From contig CAZFDM010000242.1 in assembly GCA_964517975.1 (NCBI GenBank), forward strand, positions 143-64,142: 64,000 nucleotides of DNA. The letters run 5' to 3'. The position numbers were made by a program, and so were the translations under genes. Below, piece by piece: positions 19,779 to 29,311 of this stretch. Position 1 is the stretch's first letter; every line of letters starts with the position of its first letter. Below the pieces are notes generated by a model. It worked only from the letters and a program-made list of their open reading frames with translations. It made no database searches and had not been told where the DNA came from. Source of the DNA: an uncultured Syntrophaceae bacterium. GTDB lineage: Bacteria > Desulfobacterota > BSN033 > UBA1163.

Positions 19779-21146
19779 CTATCCTTTTATTTTTTTAACA
19801 GCTTGCTCGGCTGCAATTAAAATTGGGTCTAAAGGTGCTGAGAAAGGAGGCGCATAGGCAAAATCGAGTTTCGAAATCTCATCGATCGTCATCTTTTGAT
19901 GTAAGGCTACTGCCAATGCATTGATCCTCCTCGCCACCCCCTCCTGGCCTGCCATCTGAGCTCCTAATAGTCTTCCATTTCTCCGATCAAAGACTAACTT
20001 AATGAGCATTCTTTTTGATCCAGGCATATATCCCACTTTTGATTCAGCCTCAATTGTCTGTGAATCAACATCGAAGCCATATCGTTTGGCAACTTGAAAG
20101 CCTAAACCTGTAAAGGCGACTTCCAATTCAAATACTTTGAAAGCAGCCGACCCCACCACTCCATTAAATGTAACCTTACCCCCCGCAGCATTTTCGCCCG
20201 CAACCCTTCCTTGTTTATTGGCAATATCTCCCAAGGGGGTGTGGACCCAATCTTGACTTATTAGATTAAAGACTTCACAACAATCTCCTGCTGTATAGAT
20301 ATCTTTCAGATTTGTCTCTTGGGAAAAATCTGTTCTTATCGCTCCGGTCTTTCCAAGCTCAACCCCTGCCTCTCGGGCAATTTCAACATTAGGCACTACG
20401 CCGATAGCCATCAGGACCATATCTGTAGGATATTCTCCTTTTGTGGTCTCAATAGAAGTCACCTCTCCCTGGCCATTTAGATGAAAGGCTATGGGTTCTT
20501 GGTTGGGGAGAAAGTGGACTCCATTTTCTTGAAGTTCCTTCAATATCCTTTCTGAGATCTCCCTTTCAAGATTTCCTGCCGGCAAATCCCTGCGACAGAA
20601 TAAAAATGTTTCTATTTCTCTGTATCTAAAGGCTTCACACATCTCAAGGCCAATAAACCCTCCTCCAAGGACGGAAACCCGTTTGGGTCTTTTCTCATCT
20701 ACATAGGTTTTGATACGTATCCCATCCTGAAGATCCTTCAGGGTGAAAATGTTCATGGCATTGCTTCCAGGAAGGTTGAGACGTCTGGATCGGGCACCAG
20801 TGGCAATGATGAGTCTGTCGTAAGAAACCCATTGGGTTTCTGATTTTGATAAATTCACAACTTCGATCTTTTTTACCTCTGGATCAATCTTCGTGACACG
20901 GTGTTCCGTCAGGACATCGATATTCTGCATCTCTTTAAATTGTTGAGGAGTTCGAACCACCAATCTTTTTTGATCTTTTACTACATCTCCGATGTAGTAG
21001 GGGGTCTCTCAGGAACCATAGGAGATGAATCTTCCCTGCTCAAACATAGTAACTTCGAGCTCAGGATTAACTCGTTTTGCCCTTGCTGCTGCGCTCGGAC
21101 CTGCTGCGGAACCACCGATGATAAGGAGTTTCTCTTTCTTTCCCAT
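19779..21146 (-). CDS. CoA-disulfide reductase/NADH oxidase-family flavoprotein with Sec (TGA 21009-21011) replacing the redox-active Cys
   Basis: The ORF track starts at TTG 20963. Hand translation of the upstream sequence gives MGKKEKLLIIGGSAAGPSAAARAKR...FISYGS-U-ETPYYIGDVV, matching the SF(A)NC-ALPYYIG active-site block. ATG at 21146 has an AGGAGA RBS. Perfect 9-bp hairpin 9 nt after the UGA. Confidence 0.65.
20979..20999 (-). promoter_or_regulatory. Candidate SECIS hairpin of the Nox-like selenoprotein gene
   Basis: tactacatc-tcc-gatgtagta perfect palindrome starting 9 nt 3' of the UGA. Confidence 0.4.
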
Positions 21147-21164
21147 CTTCTTTTCTCCTAAAAG

Positions 21165-21611
21165 TCAACTTTTAACTTTAGAGGCTTTCTGACAGGCCTC
21201 GCAAATTCCAAATACGTGAATGGAGATATTATCCGCTTTAAAAACTTTTCCCTTGACCAATTCCGACTTCAAATTTTTAATACTCCCAAATGTAAAATCC
21301 ATGATTTTTCCACAACGTTGGCACACCAGATGACCATGATCTTTTTTACGAGAGGTGGGTTCATAGTAAAAAGAATTTTTCTTTATGTCCAATTTCTCGA
21401 TGAGATGATATTTTTGAAAGAGTTTCAAAGTCCGATAAATCGTGGGCCGGGAGACTTTCGCCCCTTTGCGATTAAGACGCAAGAACAGTTTTTCGGCGTT
21501 GAAATGATCCTGGAGACCCTCAAGTTCTCTAAGAATCGTTTCCCTTTCCTTGGTACTTTTTAGTCCTCTTGATCCTAAAACATCTTTGAGCTGTATAGCT
21601 TGTCTGTCCAT
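21165..21611 (-). CDS. Fur-family transcriptional regulator (PerR-like)
   Basis: Fur fold with CxxC...CxxC and HxH metal sites; sits between the prx and nox-like genes. Confidence 0.85.
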   Translation of the reverse strand: MDRQAIQLKDVLGSRGLKSTKERETILRELEGLQDHFNAEKLFLRLNRKGAKVSRPTIYRTLKLFQKYHLIEKLDIKKNSFYYEPTSRKKDHGHLVCQRCGKIMDFTFGSIKNLKSELVKGKVFKADNISIHVFGICEACQKASKVKS

Positions 21612-21678
21612 GTTACCTCAATCCCCCTCACCCTTCCCCTCTCCCCGGTGGAGAGAGGGAGGGAGTAAGGGGATAGTG

Positions 21679-22281
21679 TTAAAAAGCCATCTCCGGTTTC
21701 CAGACCTTCCACACCTTTCCTACCAGGTCTGGACCAGGTTTTAACGTGGGCTTGCCTGGCTGCCATCCGGAAGGCATGACCTCGCCCGTTGCACGCACAT
21801 GCTGAAAAGCCTTAACCTGCCGGATCAGTTCGGGAACGTTCCTCCCGACCGGCGGAGCGACGGTCTCCATCGCCTGGATGACCCCGTCCGGGTCGATCAA
21901 AAAACGGCCCCGAATATTTACCCCTGCTTCTTCATCGTAGACACCGTAAGCACTTCCGATACGGCCTCCCGCATCTGAGAGCATGGGAAAGGGGACTCCA
22001 CCTTTCACCATCTTCGAGAGTTCTTCCTCCTGCCAGATCTTGTGGGTAAAGCGACTGTCTATGCTGCACGAGAGAACTTCTACCTCAAGCGATTTTAGCT
22101 CTTCGTATTTGGCGGCAACTGCCGACAGTTCTGTGGGTCAAACGAATGTGAAATCACCAGGATAAAAACAGAGGATTACCCACTTTCCTCTGTAATCTGA
22201 AAGTTTGATGTTCTTAAAACCTCCATCCACATAAGCACTTGCCTCAAAATCGGGCGCTGGTTTTCCAACTTGGGCTATCAT
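21679..22281 (-). CDS. Peroxiredoxin (AhpC/Prx) with Sec at the peroxidatic position (TGA 22138-22140)
   Basis: ORFs 22138..22386 and 21679..22011 are in frame. The junction reads [13 protein letters not shown], cf. FTFVCPTE. Start at [12 protein letters not shown] has an AGGAGAGGAGGG RBS. Confidence 0.8.
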
Positions 22282-22744
22282 TTTAAATCCCTCCTCTCCT
22301 ATTGGACTTGTTTTAATGGCTTCTGGGGTTGTTGGTAAAATTGGTCCCTTTGCCGGTTTCACACACCCATCCACTGCTTCGACCATAATGACTCCCTTCC
22401 TTCCTTATTAGAATTTTAGAATTTGAATCTCAATCTCAATAAACTCCCAAACGAAAAATTACCGCTGTAGTTTAACAAACACTTATAACTTAACGAAAAT
22501 GAACCCACTCCCTGGGCTAAAGCTCAGGGTTTCAGACCTGTGGCATGTCTGACATAAACTTCGACCATTCCAGACATGCCGGAAAAGGCTTCCGCTTCGC
22601 TCCGAAAGGATGCCATTCATCCCCAGGCTTAAAAGCCTAGGGTTTTCTGGCATGGTTTATAAATAGACTTCTAAAATCAACAATTTCTATTTTCCTGTGA
22701 ATGCAGGAATCCAGTAAAAGTTCTTTGAAATTAAAAAATTCTGG

Positions 22745-22764
22745 ATGCCTGCTTTCCCAGGCAT
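22745..22764 (-). terminator. Candidate intrinsic terminator after the MBL-hydrolase gene
   Basis: atgcctg-ctttcc-caggcat hairpin followed on the minus transcript by a U-rich run. Confidence 0.35.
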
Positions 22765-22809
22765 AAAAATTTTAAACTACAGTAATTTTAACTTTCAATC
22801 AATTTTTAA

Positions 22810-23829
22810 CTAAAAAACAACCTCATCGCCATTGCCAACATAAAGATCGCTACGACTCCCGTATTTTGCTGTCCCCTTCACTACAGGGATATTCGCCGCG
22901 ATCATCTTTTGAACAGTAATTAACCCGGTACAATGGTTGGCTGCTACCTTCTTCAATTTTATCGCCTCGAGCCCTGTAATCACACCGTCCATTTTTGGAT
23001 CCCACTGTTCAACGGGGGCGATATGAAGGCCTCCATAAAGTCCATAAGGCTTTTCTCCCCCCTTAATATTTTCCATCCCAAATTTCATCAAATTCAAAAC
23101 ACCCATGTGACAACAACCAGTAACCGTAACCAGTCCTTTATCCTTAACATTGAAAAAGAGACAATGTTCTCCTTGAACACGAACCAGGATGGGTATATCG
23201 AAGGTCACTGAGGCACAACCTGGAAAGAGTTTATGGATTTTACCGGGTTCAAGTTCTACAAGTTCTCCTTTGTATCCACATTGTTGGATCAGTACCTTCC
23301 CTTCGGGATAATATCGGTTAGATATCATCATCTTAATATTGGGACGATATTTAACCGTAACAGGCAATCCCCAGAAGTGATCAAAATGCTCATGCGAAAC
23401 ATAAAGGAATTCTATATCCCCTTTTCGGAGCATATCGTCAATCCCTTCTCGCTGAAAGGAATATTCCATCCAAGCAAGGTTCCAACCTGTATCCAATAGA
23501 AATCTTCTCCAAGTCCCATTTAATGCCTCCACCTCGATGAGGGCACTATATCCACCGGAATTTTTAGGGTGCCATGGAATACTATATTGGTTAGCAGATA
23601 CACCTCCAGCGCCCATGATATCTTTCATTAGTTGAGCATTATCGAACCAACTCGTCTCAGTAATACAGCGGATTTTAAGACTTTTACATTCTCCAATATC
23701 TGTTCTTTCTGAAGCCCATCCTCTCGTGATAGAATTGTCTATTAAAGTGGATGCATATAAAGAGGTCCCTCCAATAGCTAACCCTTTCAAAAACTCTCTT
23801 CGATTCATTTCTTTTAACATAACTCCCAC
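22810..23829 (-). CDS. TAT-secreted metallo-beta-lactamase-fold hydrolase
   Basis: RREFLKGLAIGG twin-arginine signal; HEHFDHFWG motif. Confidence 0.7.
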   Translation of the reverse strand: MGVMLKEMNRREFLKGLAIGGTSLYASTLIDNSITRGWASERTDIGECKSLKIRCITETSWFDNAQLMKDIMGAGGVSANQYSIPWHPKNSGGYSALIEVEALNGTWRRFLLDTGWNLAWMEYSFQREGIDDMLRKGDIEFLYVSHEHFDHFWGLPVTVKYRPNIKMMISNRYYPEGKVLIQQCGYKGELVELEPGKIHKLFPGCASVTFDIPILVRVQGEHCLFFNVKDKGLVTVTGCCHMGVLNLMKFGMENIKGGEKPYGLYGGLHIAPVEQWDPKMDGVITGLEAIKLKKVAANHCTGLITVQKMIAANIPVVKGTAKYGSRSDLYVGNGDEVVF

Positions 23830-24117
23830 CTCCTTCGTGAATTAGGTTTGAGGGTTAAGGTTTAAGGCAAAAGACTCACCCCTAAGCCTGCCTATTATAA
23901 CCCATGGCCATACTTGCTTCATAACCTTCACTTGAATACCATTTCAGATGATTCATCTCCTCCTTTCATACACCCTGACGGATTCTTTTCTTAAAAATGA
24001 ATGATGAGAGGGTATAGAGTAAAAAACGAACCCAGTTGAATTCATAAATCCAAGTAAAATTGGATGATATCATTCATCCGCTTCGACCCTAATGACATGG
24101 CATAGACTATTTTTCTT

Positions 24118-24375
24118 CTATCCCTCACCAAGGAGGACAACTTTCTTTAACCCCGGGATTACTTTTTTTGGATGATATTCCAATAGTTCAATGACTATCT
24201 CTTTGGTTATACGGGTTCTATCAACATGGCATGCAGAGGGGTTTGAAAGCGGTGGGTAATACGTAAATGTCACTACTCCCTCATCGATATCCTTTAACAG
24301 AACATCGGCTCCTCCGAGACTCGGCTTTATCATGGGCAATATGTTTCTTATCTTCTCATTCAATTCTTGTCCCAT
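24118..24375 (-). CDS. Small NifU/Nfu-like C-terminal-domain protein
   Basis: Weak Nfu-like pattern (PSLGGADVLLKDIDEGVV...ACH). Confidence 0.3.
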   Translation of the reverse strand: MGQELNEKIRNILPMIKPSLGGADVLLKDIDEGVVTFTYYPPLSNPSACHVDRTRITKEIVIELLEYHPKKVIPGLKKVVLLGEG

Positions 24376-24432
24376 TTAAACTGTCACCAATAAATTTTGC
24401 TAATGTTTTTTTCTCATCTCTTATAAAGGCCT

Positions 24433-24645
24433 TTAAAGCATACTTATCGCCTTCAATAAACAGGCATCCAAACACTTACCACATTCCTGACAAAAACCGG
24501 CAACGGGGTATGGGTAATCATAGGGTTCTATTTGTTTGATGAGTTTAGTGGGGCAGGCCTCAAGAGCAGCACAAATCCCCTTTGCACATTTCCGGGGATC
24601 ACACCTTTTATAATCTATTGCTACTTTTACTTTTCCCTCGGGCAT
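24433..24645 (-). CDS. Small Cys-rich 4Fe-4S ferredoxin-like protein (paralog of 14361..14573)
   Basis: Same VAIDYKRC.P..C...C....CP...FCQECGKC...C layout. Confidence 0.45.
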   Translation of the reverse strand: MPEGKVKVAIDYKRCDPRKCAKGICAALEACPTKLIKQIEPYDYPYPVAGFCQECGKCLDACLLKAISML

Positions 24646-25041
24646 ATTTTTTTATCATTATCTTGATCAAAATATATCTCATCACTTTCAAACGTACTTT
24701 GATTCACCACCGAGATGAGTAAATTTTAAATGTTTTCTTAGATGTCTTCACCTCTTTTTAATAAGGGCCTCCCCCCTTTCAATCGCGAGAGGTGATGGAT
24801 GATCTAAATTCCAATCTGAGGTGCCGCTAACCCTATTCCTTTATTCGCATACATAACTTCTGCCATGCGATCAGCTATATCTTTAATTTTACCATCAATA
24901 TTCTCAATGGTTTTGGCTTTCTTCCTTAAAATTGGATCTGGATAAATCCGAATCTTATCCATTCTTTTTTGTCCTCTGAGTCTTTATCTGATGCGAGATC
25001 ATCGACAAATTGACCCAAATGAATTCTTTCATTCCCCATAT

Positions 25042-25323
25042 TTATTCAATGATTCTCAAACAGTTTAATGTGCCGAATGGGTTTTCGATAAAGGAGGAGC
25101 AATCGGGATCATTTTGCCAATGCCCATCCACAAGGAATCGGTACTCGTATCGACCAGGACCTAATGGAAGTGAAATCTTCCAGACCCCCTCCTTGTCTTG
25201 TTTCAAAGGATGCGAAGACAAATTCCACTGATTGAAATTCCCGGCTATAAATACGCTCTTTGCCTGGGGCGCAAATAAACTGAACTCTGTTTTCATTAAC
25301 TTCGGTTTTCTCTTGGTTACCAT
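25042..25323 (-). CDS. CBM48/glycogen-binding-like domain protein
   Basis: WKISLPLGPGRYEYRFLVDGHW pattern. Confidence 0.45.
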   Translation of the reverse strand: MVTKRKPKLMKTEFSLFAPQAKSVFIAGNFNQWNLSSHPLKQDKEGVWKISLPLGPGRYEYRFLVDGHWQNDPDCSSFIENPFGTLNCLRIIE

Positions 25324-25341
25324 GATCTACCTCCTTTTAAT

Positions 25342-26178
25342 TTACATTGATCCCTCTATCAGAATGATTTTCCCTACACCAGCCTTAATAAAATTTTCTC
25401 TATATTCCCTCTTAAACATCGCCATAGCCCTGTCACCCGTGCAGTGGCAGGGTGCTACCTTTTGGATTCCCATCCTTAGAAACGTATCAATAATTCCTTT
25501 GATCTCCCTTTCCCCTGCTGAAGAGAGATGCCATCCACCTATCGCCATATAAATATTCTCCCTTGTGATCGTCTTTGCTTTTATAATAATCTCGATGATT
25601 CCCGGATGGGCGCAACCTGTTATCAGGATCATCCCTTTCGAAGTTTTGATGATAAGGGACTGCTCTTTTATTCCGTAATCCATCTCGCCGGTCGAATAAA
25701 TCCCTCGATCAATTTCTAAAGAAGCATCGACTCTTACCACTTCGCCTCCATACTTTTTTACCCTCTGTTCAAATTCCTCCGGAAATGATGCCAGAATATA
25801 TACCTTCAAGGGTGACCTTTCTCGTAATAGACTCCAGAGCCCCCCTGTATGGTCTCCATGAATATGGGACAATACGGCCATGTCAATAATTTTGGGGTCT
25901 TTGTTTAAAACCCTCATGTTGTAAAGGAGAATCTCTCCGTCTCCTCCTGTATCGAAAAGGATCGTCTTCTCCCAAAGCTCTATCAAGCACGAGAAGCCCC
26001 ACGATGATTTCAACCGGTAATCATAGGGATTGTTATCGTAAAGGATAGTAAATTTACCCTGAGACCTTTCAGATTCAGGGTAAACAGGGTTTCCCAGACC
26101 CTGGTCGTATAAAAGCAAACCGACCAGCAGGGATAGAAAAGAGAGTTTGATCAAATTTAACAATAAAAACTTAACCAC
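25342..26178 (-). CDS. Secreted metallo-beta-lactamase-fold hydrolase
   Basis: Signal peptide; HIHGDHTGG motif. Confidence 0.7.
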   Translation of the reverse strand: MVKFLLLNLIKLSFLSLLVGLLLYDQGLGNPVYPESERSQGKFTILYDNNPYDYRLKSSWGFSCLIELWEKTILFDTGGDGEILLYNMRVLNKDPKIIDMAVLSHIHGDHTGGLWSLLRERSPLKVYILASFPEEFEQRVKKYGGEVVRVDASLEIDRGIYSTGEMDYGIKEQSLIIKTSKGMILITGCAHPGIIEIIIKAKTITRENIYMAIGGWHLSSAGEREIKGIIDTFLRMGIQKVAPCHCTGDRAMAMFKREYRENFIKAGVGKIILIEGSM

Positions 26179-26179
26179 T

Positions 26180-26608
26180 TTAAATGATCCTCACCCGCAA
26201 TAGGATTTCTTCATCCCTTGATTCATTTAAGACAACTCTTAGTAGGGTTCCTGGTTTTACGCCACGGGGTATTTGGACAAGAAATTTCTTCTGTTCTCCT
26301 ATCGAGTCAATAATAATTTGTTTTTCGGCTCCCCAATAGGCTTCCGTTGGTGTAAGTGGAAGCTCATGAATCTCATCTACTTCTTCTCTTTCCGAAAAAT
26401 CCTTCAGAGATTCTTGAAAGAATGCTCCTCTAAAAAAATTGGCTCTCCTCCGGCCACAACCCCTCCCTCTCCTTCCACAGAAGAACCCACGAAAAGAACG
26501 GTTTTCGAATCCAAACCCGAATTCTCTGAAGAGTTCTTCGAGATTGAGGTCGCTGAAGATATCCTCTGTGGTATATCTACGCTTGAACGCGCTGACCAAA
26601 CTGATCAT
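26180..26608 (-). CDS. G/F-rich continuation of the J-domain gene in a different frame (frameshift or overlap)
   Basis: [23 protein letters not shown]-rich segment; overlaps the J-domain ORF by 32 nt. Confidence 0.35.
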   Translation of the reverse strand: MISLVSAFKRRYTTEDIFSDLNLEELFREFGFGFENRSFRGFFCGRRGRGCGRRRANFFRGAFFQESLKDFSEREEVDEIHELPLTPTEAYWGAEKQIIIDSIGEQKKFLVQIPRGVKPGTLLRVVLNESRDEEILLRVRII

Positions 26609-26804
26609 ACTCTTTCCTTTTTTCCGGATCGCTCAAAACAGCATGGGCTTCGCCTATTTCCTTAAATCTCTCTTCACTTTTTGGATCACCAGGGTTATGA
26701 TCGGGATGGTACTTCAACGCCAATTTTCTGTAAGCCCTTTTAATCTCATCCTCAGATGCATTTCGATTGAGACCCAAAATCTGGTAATAATCTTTCTGAA
26801 GCAC
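26577..26804 (-). CDS. J-domain (DnaJ-like) protein, N-terminal part
   Basis: YYQILG...HPD J-domain. Confidence 0.7.
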   Translation of the reverse strand: MLQKDYYQILGLNRNASEDEIKRAYRKLALKYHPDHNPGDPKSEERFKEIGEAHAVLSDPEKRKEYDQFGQRVQA

Positions 26805-26847
26805 TCTTAAACTCCCTCAAGAGGTCCACGACCCCCTAATTGATCCC

Positions 26848-27033
26848 TCAGGTGGATCCGGTTGAACATCCTTCAGAGAATTTGGCAGAGCCTGAGCTAA
26901 AAAGGGATAAAACCCTCTGGGGCCTTTCGGCTTGACACCTGGGACACCGAAGATGACTGCTTTCTTCGTTCATCTTTTGCAATATTTCGAATCTTTCCCC
27001 ACATTTTTGACATTCATACTCATAGATTGGCAT
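26848..27033 (-). CDS. FmdB-family zinc-ribbon protein
   Basis: MPIYEYECQKCG...CPRC. Confidence 0.65.
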   Translation of the reverse strand: MPIYEYECQKCGERFEILQKMNEESSHLRCPRCQAERPQRVLSLFSSGSAKFSEGCSTGST

Positions 27034-27038
27034 TAGGA

Positions 27039-27332
27039 CTATCCCCCCTTTATTTCTTCAAGATCTCCTTTTTCAAATAATGGTTCTTCTATATCTAAAA
27101 CCTTCAAGGGACTTTTGCCGGTAAAGAGTTTGATGATTTTCCCGATGGTGTAAGCATTTCCTCTAAGCATCAGCTTGCAGTTTTTGAAACTGCATCCAGA
27201 AACTTCTGTTTCTCCCTTTTCAAGGATGATGATGCAATTTTCAAAATCGCAGTGAATAAAAGACTTTCCATCCAGTTCAACCTTCTCGTTAAAAAATTTG
27301 GAATTTTTGTATCGAATTTTGTAGTCTTCCAT
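27039..27332 (-). CDS. Hypothetical protein
   Basis: 97-aa ORF. Confidence 0.3.
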   Translation of the reverse strand: MEDYKIRYKNSKFFNEKVELDGKSFIHCDFENCIIILEKGETEVSGCSFKNCKLMLRGNAYTIGKIIKLFTGKSPLKVLDIEEPLFEKGDLEEIKGG

Positions 27333-27381
27333 TATTGTTTAATTCCCTGCTTATCCAGATAGTTTTTTCATCTTTTCAAAA

Positions 27382-27855
27382 TCACTGAACACCCTTTAAC
27401 TTTTTCTCCCTTTTACCATAGACTTTTGAAAAATCCGTCCCTTTTATCCATCCAATCCTGACGTTCGTTTTTGAATCAATTTCTGGCAGATAGGGTTTGA
27501 TATCAATGAGAGGTGTCCCTTCCAATGCATCTAACCCTTTTACCTTCAATTTATTTCCATCTCTATCAATCAATTCAACGACAGAAAAGCCCAAAGCGTT
27601 TGGTCTATTTGGGGACCGGGTGGCAAACACACCATGTTGCTCAGAATCCCAGGGGGTCTTAACCAATAGATCAAAGTCTTTAGACTGGTGCAACCAATAT
27701 AGGATAATTAAATGGGAAAACCCATCGATATCCTTTAAACCCTCTGCATATTGTTCTGATACTTCAATCCAGCAAATTTCCTCTTCCCCTTGAGGTGGAC
27801 ATTCCTTTTTATTTTTATAGGGCGAATGGATGATTCCAATGGGTCTGAAATTCAT
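27382..27855 (-). CDS. TsaA/YaeB (TrmO) family tRNA methyltransferase
   Basis: IGIIHSPY...ATRSPNRPN...DIKPY pattern. Confidence 0.75.
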   Translation of the reverse strand: MNFRPIGIIHSPYKNKKECPPQGEEEICWIEVSEQYAEGLKDIDGFSHLIILYWLHQSKDFDLLVKTPWDSEQHGVFATRSPNRPNALGFSVVELIDRDGNKLKVKGLDALEGTPLIDIKPYLPEIDSKTNVRIGWIKGTDFSKVYGKREKKLKGVQ

Positions 27856-27887
27856 ATCCTCTTTCTCCCTTAAAACAAATCCTCATC

Positions 27888-28130
27888 TCAATCTCTTCTA
27901 CAACTGCCCCCTGTGGAACAGGGTGGGGTGGAACAACGTTCTTCTCTTCCGCAACAGGTACGTCCAGGGTCTCTCTTCTCACCCTTCAGGGAATGAGTGA
28001 CGGAAAGCATTTTTTCTAAATGCGAGCTTCCACACTGTTTACAGGTTAAGGTATCACCTTTCGAACTGATCCCCACTAAAAACTCAGAAATGGTGCCACA
28101 ATTGTTACAACGATATTCATAAATGGGCAT
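27888..28130 (-). CDS. FmdB-family zinc-ribbon protein (paralog)
   Basis: MPIYEYRCNNCG...CKQCG. Confidence 0.65.
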   Translation of the reverse strand: MPIYEYRCNNCGTISEFLVGISSKGDTLTCKQCGSSHLEKMLSVTHSLKGEKRDPGRTCCGREERCSTPPCSTGGSCRRD

Positions 28131-28185
28131 TCTTAATCCTCCTTATATCAAAGAATATTCTATCAAACAATATCTTGTACCCCTC

Positions 28186-28461
28186 TTATCCCTCCACTAC
28201 CATCTTATAACTCACCTTACCTTCTTCTGGATAGATAAGGAATTTAACCTCTTTTCCCTTTATAAGATATCTTTCGTATTGGCTTCGAAGATAACCAAAA
28301 TCAGTTGATTCCAGAAACAGCCTTAACACTTCAAGCCTTTCCCCAAGCTCTTCGTCCAAACTCCCTTTTTTAAGAAGGAGGTTAAGGGCTCGCTCGTATT
28401 CTTTTTTTGACAATGTTTCAATACAATGGGATAAATTGGGTTTTAGTTCAATAAGGACCAT
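28186..28461 (-). CDS. Hypothetical protein
   Basis: 91-aa ORF. Confidence 0.3.
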   Translation of the reverse strand: MVLIELKPNLSHCIETLSKKEYERALNLLLKKGSLDEELGERLEVLRLFLESTDFGYLRSQYERYLIKGKEVKFLIYPEEGKVSYKMVVEG

Positions 28462-28540
28462 TTTTATCCAGTATCTAAATTTTTCAAACCATTGGGCTGG
28501 GCAGGGGTGGAACCTTTATCCTACTTACAGGTGAGATACT

Positions 28541-29263
28541 TTATCTCCTGAGTTCATGTCTCCCAGTTTTGACCTCAAAATACTTATCATTCGGGAGGTG
28601 GGCAAACACCGAAGCACCAATACACGGGACGACATATTTGATTGGCCACTCCGCCCCAATGATATTAAAAAATTCCAGACAAGAAGAGCATACACGCAAA
28701 CTATCCGCAATAGAGTATGGTGCTACTACCCCATTGAGGTTTACAAAAAATTTTGGTTCAAGGAAATTGGCATGATTTGCTGAATGGCTGGTAAAGAGTT
28801 TATTGAAATCAAAAGGTTCATCTGACCGACGGCGCTCAAACCAAGTCTGATAAAAATCCTTTTCTATTGCCTCAACATTTTCCCAAACACTTGGTTTCTT
28901 TTGTTGATATTTCTCTGATTTAATTAATTGAGTGATTTCTTCAGGAGATGGAAGCCGATCTGGTTTAAAATTTGACTCCGTAATAATGATCGGGTTTCCA
29001 ACATCTAAATATTCCAGAGATGTATTGCTGACAATTAGGGACTTCCCTGCCTTTTCGGATTCCCAGTACCAGGATGTTCTCCTTTTACAAAACCCATACC
29101 AGGCTGGAGGAGGTAAATACGTAACTTTCCATGAAGTTCTCAAAACTCGGCATGGAATCCGAGCTTCATCCTTCAGTTCAATCCCTTCCTTTTCACAACT
29201 TTTTTTGACCCTTTCCAGCTCTCCAGAATTCACCCAATAGCAAAATTTTTGGTAAGCCATCAT
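28541..29263 (-). CDS. Hypothetical protein
   Basis: 240-aa ORF, no recognisable family. Confidence 0.35.
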   Translation of the reverse strand: MMAYQKFCYWVNSGELERVKKSCEKEGIELKDEARIPCRVLRTSWKVTYLPPPAWYGFCKRRTSWYWESEKAGKSLIVSNTSLEYLDVGNPIIITESNFKPDRLPSPEEITQLIKSEKYQQKKPSVWENVEAIEKDFYQTWFERRRSDEPFDFNKLFTSHSANHANFLEPKFFVNLNGVVAPYSIADSLRVCSSCLEFFNIIGAEWPIKYVVPCIGASVFAHLPNDKYFEVKTGRHELRR

Positions 29264-29311
29264 CCCTCCATCGTGTCCGTGCCCGTTCTACGTGTCCGTC
29301 AAACTTATAAT

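Noticed and set aside
22387-22809. tRNA, tmRNA or RNase P RNA in the structured intergenic region
   Set aside because: No cloverleaf with a conserved T-loop (GTTC) or acceptor/CCA features, and none of the RNase P or tmRNA conserved blocks could be found by eye.
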